NCBI GenBank assembly: GCA_964540855.1
Contig: CAZIOI010000001.1
Span: 7,081-71,080 of the forward strand
Source of the DNA: an uncultured Candidatus Saccharibacteria bacterium
GTDB taxonomy: Bacteria; Patescibacteriota; UBA1384; DTJR01
Direction of reading: 5' to 3'
DNA length: 64,000 bases
Position 1 is the first letter of the stretch; every line of letters starts with the position of its first letter. Made by a program: the position numbers and the translations under genes. Shown here piece after piece: positions 40,169-47,461 of the stretch. The notes beneath the pieces are model-generated. The model ran no database searches, was not told where the DNA came from, and saw only the letters and a list, made by a program, of their open reading frames with translations.

Positions 40169-41276
40169 CTTCTATCACCCTTAAAGTTTCTCGAGCACAA
40201 GTTCGCCAAGAAAATTTTTGAGATTGTTGCAATGATTGGCGAGACATTTTTTTGCGCAGTTGATCTTCTTCCATAATTCGTAACATTGCATCCGAAATTG
40301 ACTTCGGCGAAGACGGATCTATGAGTAGTCCGGCGTCACCAGCTGCCTCCGGCATCGAAGAAATATTGGACGTAACCACTGGAAGGCCAAAACTCATAGC
40401 CTCGATGACCGGCAGACCAAAGCCTTCGTACAACGAAGGATATATAAATAAAAATGCATCTTCATAAAGCTTCGCCAAATCACGATCGGAAACAAAACCT
40501 GTAAAAACAAGTTTTTTAGCATCTACCAGAGGCTTTGCCAATTCATATATCTCGGAATCATTCCAACCCTTGCCGCCGCAGACAACCAACTTATACTTTC
40601 TTTGAACGTCCTCCGGCAATAATACATAGGCCTTAAACAAACCCCCGAGATTTTTTCTAGGCTCAACTGTCCCGACACATAATATATATTGCTTTTGTTC
40701 AAGCTCTAGCGGCAAAGATATTGACGGTTCGCTCAATTCATTTAGCCCGGGATATGTCCGATGAACAAGATCTTCTGAGAGCTTGAGATATTTGACAATA
40801 TCCCGCTTCGTTGAATCAGAGACGCTCAAAATACTTTTAGCCTTTTTGCACACAGCCACCGTTCTTTTGGAAAGATATTTGGATAGTCTGCGCCCCCTTT
40901 GCTCGGGAAAGATAAACGTCGCCATATCGTGAATCGTTACAACTTGAGGAATTTTCAAACCCAACTGCACCTCAAAAAAGCTTGGGGCAAACAAAACATC
41001 AGCGTCCTCTAAAAATCTACCCAGAATATTTAATGGGATCCCCCACCAAAACTCCTTGCACTTCCCCGGAATTTTTAGTCTTTTGAGTTTAACATTTTTG
41101 CGGGCAAAGCTTTCAAACCTCTCTGTTTTTTCGGCACTGTCGTTAAAATGAGTCGAATATATCAAAAACTCGCACTCCTGAGAATCTCTTACGAGAGCAT
41201 GCGCCAACTCAAAAGTATAGCGGCCAATACCCGCGGATTCTATAATCGCTCTGGTTACATCAATCGCTATTTTCAT
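40149..41276 (-). CDS. Glycosyltransferase family 4
   Basis: MKIAID, GIGRY, GTVEPRKN, EGFGLPVIEAM. Confidence 0.92.
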   Translation of the reverse strand: MKIAIDVTRAIIESAGIGRYTFELAHALVRDSQECEFLIYSTHFNDSAEKTERFESFARKNVKLKRLKIPGKCKEFWWGIPLNILGRFLEDADVLFAPSFFEVQLGLKIPQVVTIHDMATFIFPEQRGRRLSKYLSKRTVAVCKKAKSILSVSDSTKRDIVKYLKLSEDLVHRTYPGLNELSEPSISLPLELEQKQYILCVGTVEPRKNLGGLFKAYVLLPEDVQRKYKLVVCGGKGWNDSEIYELAKPLVDAKKLVFTGFVSDRDLAKLYEDAFLFIYPSLYEGFGLPVIEAMSFGLPVVTSNISSMPEAAGDAGLLIDPSSPKSISDAMLRIMEEDQLRKKMSRQSLQQSQKFSWRTCARETLRVIEDATEGR

Positions 41277-42432
41277 TTTTTGTATTTTTTTGGCTTGCAA
41301 TAGCTATAATCAGCCAGAAAAACGCCGCCAAGTCGTTTCGAAAAAACGGCGTGTCTATCACACCATATATAAGAAGAGACATCAGGGCAAATTTGAGATA
41401 ATTATCGGATCTATTAAAACCGCTTTTATACACTAAAAAGATAAACGCCAGCAGTAAAACAGGACCCCCAATTACAAGCAAGTGCAAATACAGATTATGG
41501 GCCGTTAAAGCCTGGGGTGAAATATATTCGGGAAAATTAATCCTGTCTCGGGTCAGCTCGGTGAAGTAAGTTTGGTAATTATTCAACCCAACGCCAACAA
41601 TCGGATTTTTTTTAACTATTTCAAGCGACGTTTCCCATATATAAAACCTAATATTGGATGAATTTCCGACCCTGCCGTAAGCGCCAAAATCTGGTTTAAA
41701 TAGGGTGTATCCACCGATAAGAAAAACAATCACAAGTAGTACATAAATAAGGTTTTTAAATTTGTTCTTTTTAAAAAATCTGGACGCCAGATAAAAAGCT
41801 ATTGCAACAACAATTGCGACAACACCGCCCCTAGAGTAGGTCAGGTAAAGTGCAATCAGCATTAAAAAAGTGGAGCATATAAGAACCGTATTTTTTTTCT
41901 CAACTTCCGCAATGTACACAACGGCGAGAGTTATTATCGAAGATAAATATAATGATAAATAATTCGGGCTTATTTTGTCCAAGTCCAAAAGCCGCCCGTC
42001 CACCGTTTGAGTCCCAAGCGCGAACATAATTAGAGCGATCGTAGCAACTGCAGCCGAAGAATAAATGATCGTGCGAATAATCACTTTGGTGTCTAAGCGA
42101 TCTTTTAAGAGTATATAATTTGCCATTAAAATCAGCCCGTCAAAGAAATAGGAGCGCCAAATTCCAAGTGCTCTCGCCGAACCATTGGGGTAAAAAGCGC
42201 TGAGAAGCGCAATGGCAACCAAGATCGCTCCGGCTATGATTATCGGTTTATTTAGCTTGTCGCGAGAAAAAGACAAATAGGCAGAGATGGCAAAGCTGAA
42301 ATAAAGTACAATTTCATACAACGTGGTTGGAATGGAGAATATATTAAATCTAAAATAATAAAACGGGATGAGTATCACGCTCAACAAAAAAAGCATAACA
42401 GCTATATTTTTAGGATTTAATTTTTTTTGCAT
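41260..42432 (-). CDS. O-antigen ligase/Wzy_C family membrane protein
   Basis: PNYL, TYSRGG, R..IW, P.VGVG..N, AHNLYL. Confidence 0.85.
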   Translation of the reverse strand: MQKKLNPKNIAVMLFLLSVILIPFYYFRFNIFSIPTTLYEIVLYFSFAISAYLSFSRDKLNKPIIIAGAILVAIALLSAFYPNGSARALGIWRSYFFDGLILMANYILLKDRLDTKVIIRTIIYSSAAVATIALIMFALGTQTVDGRLLDLDKISPNYLSLYLSSIITLAVVYIAEVEKKNTVLICSTFLMLIALYLTYSRGGVVAIVVAIAFYLASRFFKKNKFKNLIYVLLVIVFLIGGYTLFKPDFGAYGRVGNSSNIRFYIWETSLEIVKKNPIVGVGLNNYQTYFTELTRDRINFPEYISPQALTAHNLYLHLLVIGGPVLLLAFIFLVYKSGFNRSDNYLKFALMSLLIYGVIDTPFFRNDLAAFFWLIIAIASQKNTKNENSD

Positions 42433-43858
42433 TGATTATTTGTCTTGAGCCAATATTGCAAACAGCACCAATCAAACCGATGAGATACCAAATGTGCGTT
42501 ATATAGAGCGTTGAAAAGGTCGCATATTGGATAAGAACAGCAATAAAAGCGAAAAGTAAGGCGAGAGAAATATTCGACAGCAGTTGATCGGCGGAATTAC
42601 GATAAACAAAGATCAATCTCGAAATAACAACTATGATCAGCAGCAAGAAACCAAAAATCCCAACTACACCCTGCTCGGCGGCAATTTCAAGATATTCGTT
42701 ATTAACGATCGGCCACCCACCTTCCGGAGCCTCGGCGGGGTAGTTCTCTCTGGCCGGTCCAAAATTACCCGGTCCGACACCTAGGAGCGCATTTTCACCG
42801 AACATATCTATCGCCTCCGAGCTGGTCGAAAGCCTAAGCACAACCGACTCGCCGTTATCGCGATCCTCAACCATCAAATGCGAGACAAACTCGTCAACAG
42901 CCCTTGGCTCGCTGCGCAAAAGCGCGAGATATACTCCGCCGATAATTAACAGGGCAAAACTCGAGGCGATAATCACGTTTTTTGTTGTCAGGATTCTTCT
43001 GGCTTGAATAATAACTAAAATTAACCCCGTTATACCGGCAGCCAAAAACGCGCCTCGAGAGATTGCAAGGACAAAATTAATAGCCAATAAAATTGCTATT
43101 GCGATAGATAGCTTTTTGTCGAAAACTTCCTTAATTTTGCCGGAAAGGTTTAAAAACAAAATCAAAAACATTGGTATAAACATGTAATTGGCAAAATAAA
43201 GCGGTTCATAGGCGCCGGCCTGAACCCTAGCAAAGCCGAATGTCGAGCTATCATAGCCGACCTTAAGCAAGGTCATCGAAATCGGAAGACCGATCATATC
43301 ACCAAAAAACTGATACAAACCAAAAATCGCCGAAGCTAGTGCGCCCCACAGGAGCCCCTTGAGCGCAAAAATAAGGTCTTCCTTTTTTTCCAAAATCATA
43401 CTCATAACTAGGTAAAGGCACGCCATCAAGCCCATCGAAATTACAACCATAATCGCCCTGTTAAGATTGATTGCTTGGGTGGCAGACACAAGCATAAAAA
43501 TCAAAAACAAAATCACAGAGGACCTTATGGGATCAAATTTGAATTTTAATTTTTTTTGATATAACTTCGAGGACAAATATATAACAAGCGTCAAAAATAT
43601 GATTAAAAAGTTGATTCTTATATCAAGCCCTCCTATTTCAACAGACGGCACTCTCTCAAACGTCAAAAAAAATCCTATCAACATCGGACCGATTGACGGT
43701 TTTTTTATAATAGCCGGCACAAGAGCAACGCAGATTAAAACAAATAAAAGAAAGCCCGCCGGTATCCACGAATTAAAAAACCAAGACACCACTGCGCTAG
43801 CCAACAGCAATATCAGAGTATAAATCGCGAACCTAGTTTGTTTTTTTGTAATCTGCAT
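42410..43858 (-). CDS. O-antigen ligase/Wzy_C family membrane protein
   Basis: R.Q...EP..FANY, SRGA, LGVGPGNF, NNEYLEIAAEQG. Confidence 0.85.
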   Translation of the reverse strand: MQITKKQTRFAIYTLILLLASAVVSWFFNSWIPAGFLLFVLICVALVPAIIKKPSIGPMLIGFFLTFERVPSVEIGGLDIRINFLIIFLTLVIYLSSKLYQKKLKFKFDPIRSSVILFLIFMLVSATQAINLNRAIMVVISMGLMACLYLVMSMILEKKEDLIFALKGLLWGALASAIFGLYQFFGDMIGLPISMTLLKVGYDSSTFGFARVQAGAYEPLYFANYMFIPMFLILFLNLSGKIKEVFDKKLSIAIAILLAINFVLAISRGAFLAAGITGLILVIIQARRILTTKNVIIASSFALLIIGGVYLALLRSEPRAVDEFVSHLMVEDRDNGESVVLRLSTSSEAIDMFGENALLGVGPGNFGPARENYPAEAPEGGWPIVNNEYLEIAAEQGVVGIFGFLLLIIVVISRLIFVYRNSADQLLSNISLALLFAFIAVLIQYATFSTLYITHIWYLIGLIGAVCNIGSRQIINAKKIKS

Positions 43859-44927
43859 AAGCCTTTCTATATACCTCGACGGTTTGATGCGCGGTGCGTT
43901 CCCACGAAAAGTTTTTGATTTGCTGCTTGTTCAGCTCAATATATTTTTTACGCAAACTCTCATCGTTATTTAATCTGCCGATAGCCTTGCTCCATCGTTC
44001 GGCATCGTTTGGCGGCAGCAAAATACCGGCGTCCCCTATAACCTCACCCATAGAAGAAGTATCAGAAGAGATAACCGGCACGCCCGAGGCCATCGCCTCC
44101 AGCGGCGGCAGCCCGAATCCTTCATAAACCGAAGGAAACGCAAAAATCTTAGCGCCTTTATAAATAGCCGGTTTGTCGAGCTCATCAACATAACCGGTAA
44201 AAATGACTTTTTTCTCCAGCCCGAGCTCTCTGACTCGCTCAAAAAGCCCCTCATAATACCAGCCCTTTTTGCCGGTGATTACCAAGTTTAAATCAACATT
44301 TTTTTCGCTTTTTATTACATCGTTGAAAACATCGATTAAGAATTTTAGATTTTTTCTAGGCTCAAGTGTGCCGATATGTAAAATATACTCTTTGGGCAGA
44401 CCATACTTCTTCCTTACTCTCCCAACCTCCTCTAACTTAATCGGCTGTTCAAATTTTTCATCAACAGCCAGAGGAATAACAGTAATTTTTTCCTGAGGAA
44501 TTTTTAAAACCCTCGTAATATCGTTTTTTGTTGACTGCGAGATCGTGATTATCTGATTTGCTTTGTGATATGTAAAAGGCATCCATTTTGAATAAAACAT
44601 CCTTGAAGCAAAGGGGATATTTTCAGGAAACAAAATACTTATTATGTCATGAATGGTTATGACAATGGGCCCCCTAAATAGAAGCGGCGCCGAAAAACAA
44701 GGCTGATGAAGAAGATCGACTTTCGCCGATCGCGCCTTTGCCGGATAGACAAATTGATCCCAATAAAATCTTTGCGGCGTGGAAAAGTCCCTCTCGGCAT
44801 CAGGTCTTATAAGCTTGAATTCATCACCGGCAGAAAATTTTTTAAGAGCTTTGGTTAAATTGGAAACGTAAAAACCAAATCCCGTGGGCTGACCCAAAGT
44901 TGTTTGAACGTCAATTGCGATTTTCAT
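43833..44927 (-). CDS. Glycosyltransferase family 4
   Basis: MKIAID, ITIHD, GTLEPRKN, EGFGLPPLEAM. Confidence 0.92.
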   Translation of the reverse strand: MKIAIDVQTTLGQPTGFGFYVSNLTKALKKFSAGDEFKLIRPDAERDFSTPQRFYWDQFVYPAKARSAKVDLLHQPCFSAPLLFRGPIVITIHDIISILFPENIPFASRMFYSKWMPFTYHKANQIITISQSTKNDITRVLKIPQEKITVIPLAVDEKFEQPIKLEEVGRVRKKYGLPKEYILHIGTLEPRKNLKFLIDVFNDVIKSEKNVDLNLVITGKKGWYYEGLFERVRELGLEKKVIFTGYVDELDKPAIYKGAKIFAFPSVYEGFGLPPLEAMASGVPVISSDTSSMGEVIGDAGILLPPNDAERWSKAIGRLNNDESLRKKYIELNKQQIKNFSWERTAHQTVEVYRKAYADYKKTN

Positions 44928-46390
44928 TTGCTCCTTTGCAATACTTCTCTTATTGTACCAAGACTAACGGCTTTTGTTGCCAGCACCAATAATGTGTAGC
45001 AAGCGGCTGCAACAAAGATATTTACAAATAAATTAACACCTATTTCCCTAAAAAAGTAAATGATCGCAGCCATCATGACTGCACAAAGAGCAATCACAAA
45101 GAAATTCTTAAATTTAACCGGCAGATCAATGATCGAGTTTACAAATTTTGCATATACTGTCAAAACAATTATTTCTGTGATTACCGTGGCAAACGCTGCG
45201 CCAACATAGCTGAATCTAGGAATAAGGATCAGGTTTAGAATGATGTTTATTAAAGCAAAAACGATTGTTGGCACAATCATCTTGTTTTGTTTGCCAAGCG
45301 AAACGATAAAATAGTTGTACAGACAGGTGAAAAAGTTCATGGCAACAACAAAGATCAGAATTTGTAAACAAGTAACGGAAGTTGCCGGAGCGTTAAATAG
45401 TGTCACGGTATATGTTTGGGTAAATTCGTTACCCTTGGCACCGCTGATAAATTCTATGATCGGCTTTGCCAGCACAAATGTTCCCGTCAGAATCGGCCAT
45501 GCCAGAAGCGACAAAAAATCAAATTGCTTCTGAAAGGCCGGCTTCACTCGCTCGTCAAGCCCAACCGCATATTGCGTTATGAGCGGAAAAGCCGCCCCCA
45601 AAAACATTACCGGAATTGTTTCAAGGACCTCTAACAGCTTGAACGGAGCACCGTATATGCCGACATCCGACATGCCTTTCATCATCGAAAGCATCAGTGA
45701 ATCTATTTTGAAATATATGAGGGCGAAAACAAGAACTATACCGATAGGAACGGCTTGAAAAATTACATATCGCCAATATTTTAGATCAAACTTCAGCCCG
45801 AGAGAAACATAGCGACGCAAAAACAGCAGGTTAAGCGCAAAATTGACTATGTTTCCAAAAAGATATGCGCACATTACAATAGGAAAAGACAAATTCATTT
45901 TGGTAAAAAGCCACACCAGAGCGAGAATGAGAACCCGTCCAACAACCTCCGTGGCAACGGAAATGCTAAGTTTGTAGTTTCTTAAATAAACTCCGACCAC
46001 AACAGTGTTAATCGTCGTAAAAAAGCATGCAGCGCTTATCGCCGCGACCGCGTATTTGACGTCAAGTGGATAATCAAAAAACCAGACCACGCCAAAGGCA
46101 ATCGCATGAACCGCTAGGGCCAAGATCAGCCTCAACGCAAAGATATTTGAAAAGACCTTGTTGTGATCGTTGTTGACAGATAACTCGCGAATCAGCGTCC
46201 ACTGGAGACCGAAGTCTGCTAAAATCGAGAAAAGACCGACAAACGCAGTTACCGTTGTGTATTTTCCGACGCCCTCGACGCCCAAATAGCTAAATAAAAT
46301 AGCGATCGTGGCAATTGCAAAACCGGTACCGATCAATTTACCGGTCATTTGAGCGAGCGTGTTGGCCGCGATTTTCTTGGTGTGACTCAT
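44924..46390 (-). CDS. Wzx-type flippase (paralog of 31675-33123)
   Basis: YLGVEGVG, ADFG, IYFKID, DVGIYGAPFKLLE. Confidence 0.88.
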   Translation of the reverse strand: MSHTKKIAANTLAQMTGKLIGTGFAIATIAILFSYLGVEGVGKYTTVTAFVGLFSILADFGLQWTLIRELSVNNDHNKVFSNIFALRLILALAVHAIAFGVVWFFDYPLDVKYAVAAISAACFFTTINTVVVGVYLRNYKLSISVATEVVGRVLILALVWLFTKMNLSFPIVMCAYLFGNIVNFALNLLFLRRYVSLGLKFDLKYWRYVIFQAVPIGIVLVFALIYFKIDSLMLSMMKGMSDVGIYGAPFKLLEVLETIPVMFLGAAFPLITQYAVGLDERVKPAFQKQFDFLSLLAWPILTGTFVLAKPIIEFISGAKGNEFTQTYTVTLFNAPATSVTCLQILIFVVAMNFFTCLYNYFIVSLGKQNKMIVPTIVFALINIILNLILIPRFSYVGAAFATVITEIIVLTVYAKFVNSIIDLPVKFKNFFVIALCAVMMAAIIYFFREIGVNLFVNIFVAAACYTLLVLATKAVSLGTIREVLQRSK

Positions 46391-46485
46391 TATTCGAGCT
46401 TACTGCAAAAGAAGTCTTATAACAATAATTCAAAAGTAAAATTGTTAGTCAAAATTCTCCAAGTTTAGTCATTCGCGATTTGTTG

Positions 46486-46820
46486 TGCCCCGCGTAGCCC
46501 TGCCTACCGGCAGGCAGGCTTGGCGAGGTGGGGTCAATTCCTACCCCACCTCTCGACAGTCATTCCCGCCCCATCAATTCGTGGGGTAAACTACAGCGGG
46601 AATCTTTTTTATTCAGGCTTCGCTTGAAAGATATTTGCAAGCTAAAGCTTGCTTTTATTTTGCGGTGGTCAGGGGGCTTAATTGCGAAGCAGCCCCCTAG
46701 ACCCCCGCACCCCCTTACCCCTGCACGCTTCATACCAAGGTGTCGCTTTGCGACGATATCTTTTAAATTTTTTCTTTATCATTTTAATCTTTAACTTTTG
46801 ATATTTAATTTTGCGTTAAC
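46486..46820. repeat. Mosaic of short palindromic repeats
   Basis: 46486-46535 outer repeat with nested CCTGCCTACCGGCAGGCAGG; GAGGTGGGGT/ACCCCACCTC; GTCATTCCCGC..GCGGGAATC; AGGGGGCT/AGCCCCCT; GTCGC-TTT-GCGAC followed by a TTT-periodic heptamer tract. Confidence 0.75.
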
Positions 46821-46879
46821 TTGTTCCCGTGTTTTTTAATTCGCATTATTTGGTAGAATTGTAATAGAAAAGGAGGGGT

Positions 46880-47461
46880 CTGTCGCTTTCTAACAGAGGA
46901 AAAATTATCCTTCTATTTTCCGCAGTTATAGTTGTCGGGATTATTGTTTTTGCCTATTTTTACCTTAATCGCGAGGGCTCAAATACTACGACAAACGGGA
47001 CATCTCCCGCAGCCGAAGAGAGTAAAATCGTACTTCAGAGGATTTACGAAAGTCCCCAAGCTTTAAGTTCCGAGACAATCACTCCAAGTAGCGGCGCAAC
47101 CCAGATAGCACCAACCACCAGCCCGACAACAACAGCAGCCAAGCCGACTGCGACCCCGGGGATTTTTGATTATACTGCGAGAGATACCGCCACAGCCGAT
47201 AAAGACACTGTCAAACTGGTTGATGAAATTAAAAAAGAAATCGGCGATAAAGACGTCTGCCAATTGGCAAATATTTCCAATAGCTGGTCAAACCCTGTAG
47301 AGAAAACTGTATGCGGGACAATGAAGTTTGCGGCTGAAAAAGTTTTGGTTCCGATGCTAGAATTTTCCTGTTTCATGTATGCAGGAGCGATGAATCTAAA
47401 TTATGACGCAGATATAACGGCAAATTTTAAGGACAATCAATGCAATTTACAAGACAGATAG
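46880..47461 (+). CDS. Membrane-anchored protein with T/P-rich linker and 4-Cys domain (193 aa, CTG start; only the last 65 aa are in the ORF track)
   Basis: Frame open from 46868; AGGAGGGG-T-CTG; KIILLFSAVIVVGIIVFAYFYL TM; C-x17-C-x18-C-x23-C. Confidence 0.75.
   Translation: MSLSNRGKIILLFSAVIVVGIIVFAYFYLNREGSNTTTNGTSPAAEESKIVLQRIYESPQALSSETITPSSGATQIAPTTSPTTTAAKPTATPGIFDYTARDTATADKDTVKLVDEIKKEIGDKDVCQLANISNSWSNPVEKTVCGTMKFAAEKVLVPMLEFSCFMYAGAMNLNYDADITANFKDNQCNLQDR

Noticed and set aside
46661-46709. SRP (4.5S) RNA suggested by GGTCAGG...GAAGCAGCC
   Set aside because: No GNRA-capped helix 8; the dominant AGGGGGCT/AGCCCCCT pairing is incompatible. A cmsearch would settle it.
46528-46794. 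88-aa ORF
   Set aside because: It reads through stacked palindromes, has no RBS and has an unprotein-like composition.
47440-47461. Frameshift joining the 46880 and 47440 ORFs into one gene
   Set aside because: 47440 has its own ATG and signal/TM segment and no obvious slippery site; a real split is more parsimonious.
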